From positions 670,308 to 734,307 of the forward strand of contig NIVC01000035.1 of NCBI GenBank assembly GCA_002269645.1: a stretch of DNA of 64,000 nt, given 5' to 3'. Both the position numbers and the translations under genes were made by a program. The DNA comes from Macrostomum lignano (taxonomy: Eukaryota). The notes beneath the pieces are model-generated. The model was not told the origin of the DNA and did not search any database. It saw only the letters and a program-made list of their open reading frames with translations. Positions 37,701 through 47,851 of this stretch are shown one piece after another (within the stretch, counting starts at the first letter, position 1; every line of letters starts with the position of its first letter).

Positions 37701-39823
37701 ACTCCTTTGGGCTCACACTCCTGTTCCAAGCGATTGGGGTTGTGTCGGGGCCTCCGATGGCTGGTAAGAATTCGATACTAAATCACTGATGTTGGCGTTT
37801 TTGGGTAGTGAATTAGTGTACAAGTGTGCTTGGGATATTTTTAGAAAGCTAAATTGTTTGTGTGCAAATGCAAACCAACTTAACGGTGGGTTAAGGCAGA
37901 AGCGAGCGCCGTAATCGATAATTTTAGGCTATGTACATGTAAATTCAAACTGTGCATGCACCGTGTATGGAGAAGCTTGTAGAAAAGCTAAAAATAGCAG
38001 AGCATCGCAATAGATTAGATAAGTATTCCACTGACGAAAAACAACTGGTCTAGAAGATTGGGTGGTAGGTCCACGGTAGTACTTCGGTCTCATGGACTCG
38101 GTAAGCCATCAGTCTAAAAATAGAGCCAGCGAATTTCCCTTCTAGAATTCCGATTTTAGAATATTCTATATTGAACGTAAATCTTGTGAATCCTCTTGTC
38201 CAATGACAGCGTCCGAGACCTCACCTCACGGGGTCGCTTTCACAAGCGCTAATTTTCATAACCGCTAACGACATTGACTTTCACAAGCGCTAAACTTCAC
38301 AAACGCTAACCTTTACAATCCCCAAAACACGAACGTCGGCTTCTTTTACAAGCGCTAAAATGTTAATATACTATATATACTAATATACTAATACTAATAT
38401 ACTATACTAATACACTAATATACTATTTTAGCGCTTGTGAAAGTAGGCGACATTTGTGTTTTACCGGTTGTGAAGTTTAGCGCTTGTGAAGTTTAGCGCT
38501 TGTGAAGTTTAGCGCTTGTGAAGTTTAGCGCTTGTGAAGTTTAGCGCTTGTGAAGTTTAGCGCTTGTGAAGTTTAGCGCTTGTGAAGTTTAGCGCTTGTG
38601 AAAGTAGGTGGTTTCGCTATTCTGAAGTTTAGCGCTTGTGAAATTTAGCGTTTGTGAAAGTAGGTGAGTTAGCGGTTATGAAGTTTAGCGCTTGTGAAGT
38701 TTAGCGCTTGTGAAAATTAGCGCTTGTGAAGTTTAGCGCTTGTGAAGTTTAGCGCTTGTGAAAGTAGGTGGTTTCGCTATTCTGAAGTTTAGCGCTTGTG
38801 AAGTTTAGCGCTTGTGAAGTTTAGCGCTTGTGAAAATTAGCGCTTGTGAAGCCTCCCCGAATATACTGTACATTCTGTGCCCTTCACCCCTCACCCAGAA
38901 TATAGTGCCTCCCACCCCTCACCCAAAATAGTGCCTCCCAACCCTCACCCAAAATAGTGCCTCCCACCCCTCACCCAGAATATAGTGCCTCCCACCCCTC
39001 ACCAAGAATATAGTGCCTCCCACCCCTCACCCAGAATATAGTGCCTCCCACCCCTCACCCAGAATATAGTGCCCCTCAATCCCCTCACCCAGAATATAGT
39101 GCCCCTCAACCCCCTCACCCAGAATATAGTGCCCCTCAACCCCCTCACCCAGAATATAGTGCCCCTCAACCCCCTCACCCAGAATATAGTGCCCCTCAAC
39201 CCCCTCCCCCAGAATATACGAGCTAGTTCCCTTCACCCCTTAACTCTGTACCCCGTGGACTCGCACTAGACTCGATCCTGGAAATTAGGGGTGGGCAATT
39301 TTCGCTTAGTTTAGTGGAATCTAGTATGCGGCCATTGTGTGCAAAATAGGGTCTACCCAGCGACGCCTCTCCTTTTCAAACTGAATATAATCGATAGCAT
39401 GTTTTAGAACTAAAAATTTTGTGAGGCGGAGGGATAGAAAAAAGAATTAAGATAGTGATCGATAATTTCAGAGAATGTACATTACATTGCGAACACTGAA
39501 TTTAAGAGTTAAATAACATTGTATAATTGTTTTATCATCTGAAATGCAAAACAAAGCTTGTCCAAACAACCCCAGGCGCCATATTCGACAGAACGCACTC
39601 ATTTAACGCGTCCTACATGCTTAGCGGCGCCTGCATGCTACTCAGCGGAGCTATACTGTACCCTCTACCGTGTGTAATCCGCTGGCAGGCTGCCAAACAG
39701 GGCAAGCGAGTGTGCGCAGATCCGATCACGGTTGTTACTGAGGCACCTCTACTTCAGTCAAATGCAAGTCCAACAAGTGCCATCCGATCGACAGTGACAA
39801 GAACAGAATTCAATAATCAATAG
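34758..39823 (+). CDS. Monocarboxylate transporter family protein (SLC16/MCT, MFS), 5 exons, 544 aa
   Basis: Exons 34758-35112 (APDGDWGWVVVAASFF, the SLC16 N-terminal signature), 35753-35860 (GFGISLMYLPAIVCVGVYFDKRRSTAIGIAACGSGLG), 36262-37059 (YTWRGAMLILAGIVLNCAVFACLLRP...GRLAFGLLSD), 37638-37763 (GAYVTLTPAVLAHLLGPERL...GPPMAG), 39576-39823. All introns are phase 1 GT-AG; total 1635 nt. Confidence 0.93.
35245..35545. repeat. Palindromic array of 16-mers (CACTTCATATCTCCGA) that inverts at ~35373 (MCT intron 1)
   Basis: About 7 copies on the plus strand at 35250-35371 are followed directly by about 7 reverse-complement copies (TCGGAGATATGAAGTG) at 35375-35482, plus one more degenerate copy at ~35534. 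Confidence 0.85.
35955..36190. repeat. 33-bp minisatellite TTCCTCAACCGGTATTCCTTGAGAACACCCCGA (MCT intron 2)
   Basis: Direct inspection. Confidence 0.93.
38230..38858. mobile_element. Foldback-type / MITE-like element with modular inverted arms of TTCACAAGCGCTAAA repeats (MCT intron 4)
   Basis: Left end GGGGTCGCTTTCACAAGCGCTAATTTT, right end AAAATTAGCGCTTGTGAAGCCTCCCC. Tandem 15-mers GTTTAGCGCTTGTGAA fill the right arm, and an AT-only spacer lies at ~38365-38428. No TSD found. Confidence 0.65.
38880..39220. repeat. ~30-33 bp minisatellite CCCCTCACCCAGAATATAGTGCC(CCTCAAC/TCCCA)
   Basis: Direct inspection. Confidence 0.92.
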
Positions 39824-40236
39824 AATATGTTTACAACTTTTTAAGATAGTGATTTGAGGACTCACTATTAGCAGATGTAGGACCTGACCTAACATTCATA
39901 ATTAGCTATAGAAATAAAATTTGAAGGCCTTATTCAGCTTCAAAACAAAGCATTCTAGCATTTTCGGCATTCTGTAAAATGTTAAAAGAGCACAGGTTAC
40001 TTTCGTTTTTCCGCCAACTACCCAGCTTAATACTTTTATATCCACCACTCAAAAACATAGAACAGCCATATGCTTGCAATGGGTACACTTTTGCTAAAAT
40101 GAGCATGGCATGAATTGCAGAATTGTTTCATTGTGTTTTTTATTTATGCCAGGTTTGGCCTTCTCATTTTGGCCCTCCGGTCCTTTGAAACTTCACAATA
40201 GCATTTTCTTATTTACTCCCTCGCCTCTGCCTCAAC

Positions 40237-40700
40237 GATCCTTCATCTGGACACCGCTACCCTCTCTCTCTGATCCTTCATCTGGACACCGCTACCCTCT
40301 CTCTGATCCTTCATCTGGACACCGCTACCCTCTCTCTGATCCTTCATCTGGACACCGCTACCCTCTCTCTGATCCTTCATCTGGACACCGCTACCCTCTC
40401 TCTGATCCTTCATCTGGACACCGCTACCCTCTCTCTGATCCTTCATCTGGACACCGCTACCCTCTCTCTGATTCTTCATCTGGACACCGCTACCCTCTCT
40501 CTGATCCTTCATCTGGACACCGCTACCCTCTCTCTGATCCTCCATCTGGACACCGCTACCCTCTCTCTGATCCTCCATCTGGACACCGCTACCCTCTCTC
40601 TGATCCTCCATCTGGACACCGCTACCCTCTCTCTGATCCTTCATCTGGACACCGCTACTCTGTCTCTCTGATCCTCCATCTGGACACCGCTACTCTGTCT
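40237..40700. repeat. 33-bp minisatellite GATCCTTCATCTGGACACCGCTACCCTCTCTCT
   Basis: Direct inspection, ~14 copies. Confidence 0.95.
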
Positions 40701-41012
40701 CTCTTATCAGTACATTAGGCTTTAATAAAACATCATATAAAGAAGCAAGAATCCTATGATAAACTACTTTCAGGCGCAGCTCTCTCTGAATAGGCCGGAC
40801 CATAGACAAAACTTCTCTGCCTTGCTGGGACAAGAGTTGACCCCAGTCCACTGCATGACAGCGTGGACTATTCGTTAGAGCAGGCAATTGTAAGAAAACT
40901 CTAAGAAAATACGATCCAATTAACATATTCAGTGCTAGTTAGCAACAGTGCCCCTCAGCTCACTGGGAAAGAGCCTGTCTCTATAGAGAGAGAACAGCTA
41001 ACAACACCGGTC

Positions 41013-41974
41013 ATGCCAACAAGTGGGCAGCAGCTGACAGCAAAGAAGAAGCAGCAGCGCAGGCTGCAGGCTAAGCGCAGGCAGCTGCACAGCGGCAGCG
41101 GCAGCATCGCCAGCAGCGGCCGCAACAGCGCCAGCGGCGGCAGCATCTGGCGTCAGCTGTTCAGCTGCACAGAGCCGACTTCGGAGGACGAGGGAGACGG
41201 CTTCTCCGAGTTGGAGAAAAAATCGACTGGAAAGTCCAAGAACAAAAGGTCTCGAAGGCGCGGTAAGCAGGCTAAGATTGAAGAGGCCACAACTGACGAA
41301 GAAGAAGATGAAACAGACAATGGCGAAGGAGAAGAAGACAACGACAATGACACGGCGACAATCGAGCCTCCCCGTCGAAAGCAGAAACAGAAGAAGAGCC
41401 TACTGACTCAGCAGAAACAGAAAAAGCAGTTCTCCTCGGCGACTCCGATTCCAGACGATCGTCAGAGCCAGTCTAAGGACTCGTTCTGGCAGAAATTGTT
41501 CCGCGGCGGAGACGGCGCTACTCAGGACGCCGGCACCGCCACAGCGACGATGCCCAGCTCGCAGAAGCAGCAGCGAACTAAGAGTCCCTACGTTGCCAGC
41601 CGGCGGAGGCACAAGAAGCGTCTTGTTCTGGCTATGCTCGAGGACGACGACGGCGCCACGAACGCGGACGCGGACGATTGGCAGGTGCAAAGCAAGACGA
41701 AAGAAAACGAGCCCAAAGACGCGTCCGCAGCCGCAAAGCAGCCGACGGTCCAGTCCAGCGATGCTGGCATGCAGATCCACGCCACTCGAGACGAGACAAA
41801 CATTCGACGAATTTTGCAGTCGCTGAGCGACAGTTTGAAGACGCAGCTGCCGGCAACGGCTACAGCTGAGCAGCAAGCATCTCAGGGAACCAGCCAAACC
41901 GTGTCCCAGCAGACCATGACGGGCAACTCCGCGTCAGTTCAGCCTTCGTCTTTGTCGGAACCGCAATCGGTTTT

Positions 41975-42037
<63 letters not shown>

Positions 42038-44551
42038 AGAGCAGCCACCACCACCTCCACCGCCGCTGCCTCAGTCGTCTCAGCAGCCAACAAACCCAGC
42101 TACAGTCGCAGCCAGCTCTTCAAACTCGCAGCAGCAGAACTCTTCGCAGCAGCCCCCATCAGCTTTAAAGCAGCAGCAGCAGCAGCAGCAGGAGGAGCAA
42201 CCGAATCTGCCCCAGCAGCCGCTTGCGACAGGTAAAATGGCTGTTTTTGTTGTAGTTTTCCGAGCTAATACGTAGTACGCTCGCACTTGAGATACTTAAC
42301 GAAAAGCGATCATCTTGTCCGAAAAATCTCAATCAATTTTAAGAGTCTTGAGACCCTGAATTTTGTTTTAATCTACTCGTAGCTTTTGCTTAGCTCAGCC
42401 AAACCCTCCTCCCTAATGCACTATGTTTAGTCTACACTTCCGCTTTAGACTGTACATTGCTCATTCACCAGTTCTACACACTGTACATCTGCCCCTAGAA
42501 TGTACATTGCTCAGCCACCACTTCTGTCCTAGAATGTACATTGCCCAGCCAACCCTTTCTGCCCTAAACTGTACATTGCTCAGCCACCCTCTCTGCCCTA
42601 GAATCTACATTGCTCAGCCACCACTTCTGTCCTAGAATGTACATTGCCCAGCCAACCCTTTCTGCCCTAGAATGCACATTGCTCAGCCACCCTCTCTGCC
42701 CTAGAATGCACATTGCTCAGCCATCCTCTCTGCTGCTCAGCCACCCTCTCTGCCCTAGAATGCACATTGCTCAGCCACCACTTCTGTCCTAGAATGTACA
42801 TTGCCCAGCCAACCCTTTCTGCCCTAAAATGTACATTGCTCAGCCACCCTCTCTGCCCTAGAATGTACATTGCTCAGCCACCCTCTCTGCCCTATAATGT
42901 ACATTGCTTCACAAGTGCCTGTCGTCCCGTACCACAGAGCCCTCCAATAGTCGAAACCGCCGCCACGGCTATCGCATCTTCCACCGGGTCTGCTCTGCCG
43001 CCGAGAACTACTACGCCGTGCCGTTTCCACCGTTGGAGACACTCCGATTTAAAGAGGACGACGATGGACAGTGGGAAGATCAGGAGGTTTACGTTGTCAG
43101 TCATCGAGGCCTGTTCTCGATGAAGCCCCGGGTTAGTGCTCAATGTTGTGAATTCCCTTTTCTATTTTTTATGATTCAGATGACTGCATGTTGGATGGAT
43201 CTCTTAGACCTGACTACCCCTAGGAGTACTCTTAAATCAAATAGAGAATGGATCTCAAGATCAAATAGAGAATGTATTCCTAGATCTAATAGATATTGGA
43301 TCCTCGCATCTAATAGAGAATGGATCCCTGGATCTAACAGAGAATGGATCCCTAGATCTAACAGAGAATGGATCCCTAGATCTAATAGAGAATGGATCCC
43401 TAGATCTAACAGAGAATGGATCCCTAGATCTAACAGAGAATGGATCCCTAGATCTAATAGAGAATAGATCCCTAGATCTAACAGAGAATGGATCCCTAGA
43501 TCTAATAGAGAATGGATCCCTGGATCTAACAGAGAATGGATCCCTAGATCTAATAGAGAATGGATCCCTAGATCTAACAGAGAATGGATCCCTAGATCTA
43601 ACAGAGAATGGATCCCTAGATCTAATAGAGAATGGATCCCTGGATCTAACAGAGAATGGATCCCTAGATCTAATAGAGAATGGATCCCTAGATCTAACAG
43701 AGAATGGATCCCTAGATCTAATAGAGAATGGATCCCTAGATCTAACAGAGAATGGATCCCTAGATCTAATAGAGAATGGATCCCTAGATCTAACAGAGAA
43801 TGGATCCCTAGATCTAACAGAGAATGGATCCCTAGATCTAATAGAGAATGGATCCCTGGATCTAACAGAGAATGGATCCCTGGATCTAACAGAGAATGGA
43901 TCCCTAGATCTAATAGAGAATGGATCCCTGGATCTAACAGAGAATGGATCCCTAGATCTAATAGAGAATGGATCCCTGGATCTAACAGAGAATGGATCCC
44001 TAGATCTAATAGAGAATGGATCCCTAGATCTAACAGAGAATGGATCCCTAGATCTAATAGAGAATGGATCCCTAGATCTAACAGATAGTTAAGCATGGGG
44101 TATAAGGATTCAGGATTGAGGATGAAGCCCTACATGTACTCGTAGATCCAATAAAACAGATGCATTGCCAAGTCCTATATGCATATCAGCAGTAATTGCA
44201 ATTACTCGTTCAACCTATCAAAGCCCGTTACCCAAAAAAAACTTTTGTACAGTCGAAGTCTTCTCAGAGCCGCGTGGACAAGTCTCGCCTGATGAAAGGT
44301 GTTGGAAGGCTTGGCACTGTAACGGCGGTCGCCAATCGTCAGCTGTCGCAGCAGCAGCAGCAGCAGCAGCAGCAGTCGTGTCACCAAAATCAGCCAAATC
44401 AGGAAAGAAAGCCGAAGAAACAGCAGCAGCAATCAGCTGGAAAGCTGCCAGCCGGAGACTGCGCCAGGCAGCACAGAGTCGCTGGTCACCAGGGTCAGCA
44501 GCAGTTGAAGAATCAACTTGACAAGCAGCAGCGCAGACTTGGTAGGCAACC

Positions 44552-44602
<51 letters not shown>

Positions 44603-45638
44603 GCAACAGCAGCAGCCAAAGTTTCAACGAATGCCGGCACCCACTAAGCTGCCCGTGTTGTAAGTTGGTGCGAACTGTCTGACTTAGTAGTTCTTTAGTC
44701 TCATTCTTTAGATATCCACCCCAATAGAGACTCTACCCCTAGAATCTCTACCCTAGAATCTCTACCCCGAGAATCTCTATACTCTCAGAATCTCTACCCC
44801 GGAAATCTCTACCCCGAGAATCTCTACCCTGAGAATCTCTACCCTGAGAATCTCTACCCCTAGAATCTCTACCCCTAGAATCTCTAACCCGAGAATCTCT
44901 ACCCTCAGAATCTCTAACCCGAGAATCTCTACCACAAGAATCTCTACCCCGAGAATCTCTAACCTGAGAATCTCTACCCCTAGAATTTCTACCCCTAGAA
45001 TCTCTACCCCGAGAATCTCTACCCCTAGAATCTCTACCCTCAGATTTTCTACACTTACAAGAGTCTCATGCCTCAAAGTTTTTCGTTTCACGTGCCCGAG
45101 AATCTCAGCTAGCCTACTAATTTCAAGAGTCTCAAGAATTTAGAATCTCTTTCATCTCTTCCATTTGAATCCCCTAGAGATTCGCAGAATATCAGATGGG
45201 GAACCCCTGCCTCTCAGGGGGACCGTCCTGTCTCTTCATGTAGGTATCTACTTGGGTACTTTTCTCTGTTTCTTAGGTTGTGTACCATGTGTCTCTAAGT
45301 ATGTACCCCTGTCTATTAGGTACGCGCCACTGTCTCAGGTGTGTGAGCCTGTCTCTTAGATACATCACCTACTGCCACCGTCGCCGCCTTCCAGGAGCAG
45401 CAGGCGGGCTGAGCCGATCAACCCGGGCCGCCTGCTGCACCAGCTTCAAGACGTCGGCCAGCCTCAGGCCGCGCCAGGCGGTCGCGCCAATCCACCGGAC
45501 GCCAGCGGCGCCCTGCCGTCCTACATGCGGCCGTACAGTCCGTTGCAGCGGGCCAAGTGGCCGGACACTGCAGACGGACCGGCCACAGCAGCGGCCTGCA
45601 GAGGCAACAGCAATAGGCTGGCCACGAACGTCACGTGA
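41013..45638 (+). CDS. Uncharacterised, largely disordered polyglutamine-rich protein, 4 coding exons, ~687 aa
   Basis: Exons 41013-42231 (donor G|GTAAAA), 42938-43131 (acceptor accacag, donor CGG|GTTAGT), 44253-44659 (acceptor ttttgtacag, donor TT|GTAAGT), 45395-45638 (acceptor gccttccag; ends ...LPSYMRPYSPLQRAKW...NVT*). The phases (1,0,2) join without a stop, total 2064 nt. The frame is also open from an AG at 40931-40932, so the true start could lie further upstream. No family recognised. Confidence 0.7.
42490..42905. repeat. Minisatellite TACATTGCTCAGCCACCCTCTCTGCCCTAGAATG (intron 1 of polyQ gene)
   Basis: Direct inspection. Confidence 0.9.
43240..44085. repeat. 24-bp minisatellite AGAGAATGGATCCCTAGATCTAAC (intron 2 of polyQ gene)
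   Basis: Direct inspection. Confidence 0.96.
44720..45050. repeat. 15-bp minisatellite AGAATCTCTACCCC(T/G) (intron 3 of polyQ gene)
   Basis: Direct inspection. Confidence 0.93.
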
Positions 45639-47229
45639 TCACGTTAACGTGGCCAAGCAATATCGTTAGGACATTTTCAACGCTTATTATCTATATAAAT
45701 ACCCGGACAGGTAATATAAGTTTGTAAAATTATTTTTTTCCTACGCAAACCGGTCCAACGATATTTTTGTGTACAAAAAGTCCAAATACCGAACAATAAA
45801 TGCTCGGAAGTCGAAGCTCAAACGAATCGAAATAAAATACTTAGAAAGCTTGCCGAGTTGCTAAGCGAAAAGAGAAAAAAACGGACTTATTTTTGACAAC
45901 TTTCTCAGCCGCAGCAATGTTTAACGTCATTGTAGCCAGTAGTTGTCGCACATTTTTTCTTCTCTTTTTTTTTACCTCATTTTACTACTTTTTAAATTCT
46001 GAGTAGTAGTACGCCTTGAAAATTATTAGTAACGAAAAAGGTGCGCAAAGAAAACATTTTAAGATTTGAGTGTTATTTAAAACAGCACAAATCAGCCAGT
46101 TTATTGAATGCCGCAGTAAACAACCGCCATGAAGGCTTGACGCATTTGTTTAACTTTTATAAAAGTTCGATTTCGCGCGCAAATTAATTGGAGAACGAGT
46201 TGGACAAAAAAGACAGTTTGTTATAATAACAAATACCGGATAGAAAACCCGCAGATTTCAGCATGCATTCAGTGATACTCGTAGAATTTTAAGCGGCCTG
46301 CCGGTAAACCGCGATGAGATGTGAATATTTAAAAATGTATGATATGATACAGGATGAGGTATATGCGTTGGAGTCGGCCTGCATTATTTATTTATTAAAT
46401 CATGAATGTAAAAGTGTAGTAAAATACTACAAGCATACCTGGAAGCATAAAACATGTAGAAAGTTAAATTCCTATCGTATATATTCATACTAAGAGATGA
46501 ACAGTATTCAGACAGCTATCGAATATTTAATAACTAGTTTACTGTTCCGTACAAATATGAGTCATTAAAACAAAGTTTATGTATAGCCATCAAGACGATA
46601 AAATAATAGGTATTAAAGTGCAATTTTGTACAGATATAATTTTAAACCAGGAGGAAAAACCAAGTCAATTAAAACACAAACAAAGTACACGACATGCACT
46701 ATTTCCAAGAAACATAAATTCAAGCGACCCGATTAACACACACCGGAAAATAGTGATTGTGATAAACAGTTAAACAAAGTTAGTGACAGAATCACCGGCT
46801 TACTAGAAGTTGATAAAAAACAACAGCAAAGATTATTGAAATCAGTGAAAGTCAGAACTGATAAAACAGAATTGATACGTCATGCACTTTAAAACGAAGC
46901 AGGACGAATATTGAACTACGCTCAAAGTTAGGATAGCAAAATTATGCAAGCGCAGACACAGAAATTCATTATTTTTAAGTCATAACATGAAAATATTGTC
47001 AGAAAACAATACACATAAAAATTGATTGATTTATCGATAAATTTCTGCTAACTGCTGTTAACAAATTCAAGCATGAGTTCATATAATAATCGTTATGTCG
47101 AAATTATGTTAAATTCAATCTGCCTGTTTTTTAGGTTAATTTAATTCTTTAATACTGGTTAAGTTGAGCACAGAATTACACCCTGACTGATACTAATTAT
47201 CCGGCATATAGAAGATGGTATAATACGAG

Positions 47230-47650
47230 CCCTATGTTGGAATCTCTACCCTGAAAATTCTATCAGAAGAAACTCTACATCAACCACTTATACCCCAACT
47301 ATTTCTACCTCAAGAATCTCTACCACAGGAATATCTATCCTCAGCGTCTCTACCCCAAAAATATCTTCTCTCAAATTCTCTACCCAGAAGTCTATCCTCA
47401 GAGTCTCTACCCTCAGAGTCTCTACCCTCAGAGTCTCTACCCTCAGAGTCTCTACCCTCAGAGTCTCTACCCTCAGAGTCTCTACCCTCAGAGTCTCTAC
47501 CCTCAGAGTCTCTACCCTCAGAGTCTCTACCCCAGAGTCTCTACCCTGAGAGTCTCTACCCTCAGAGTCTCTACCCTCAGAGTCTCTACCCTGAGAGTCT
47601 CTACCCCAGAGTCTCTACCCTCAGAGTCTCTACCCCAGAGTCTCTACCCT
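47230..47650. repeat. 15-bp minisatellite CAGAGTCTCTACCCT
   Basis: Direct inspection. Confidence 0.93.
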
Positions 47651-47764
47651 AGAAAAATCTGACAACCGAGCCTCAAGTCATAGCAACATGATTTGAACCC
47701 CCCCCCCAGCTCAAACCTGCTCGAGTTCGAGTCACTTTAACAAGAACATTTCCAGCCCCAATTT

Positions 47765-47816
47765 TTAAACGGGCAGGCCGGAAGCACGAAGATGCTCAAA
47801 GCTGGCAGTCAGTGGC

Positions 47817-47851
<35 letters not shown>

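Noticed and set aside
43176-44096. 306-aa LLDLGIHS repeat ORF resembling an LRR protein
   Set aside because: It is the antisense translation of a 24-bp intronic minisatellite, and the unit is too short for a real LRR.
45280-45669. ORF-track frame YITYCHRRRLPG... as the last exon of the polyQ gene
   Set aside because: It is phase-compatible through the AG at 45359, but its composition looks like an off-frame read of GC-rich coding DNA; the frame entered at 45395 gives more protein-like sequence. RNA-seq is needed to exclude it fully.
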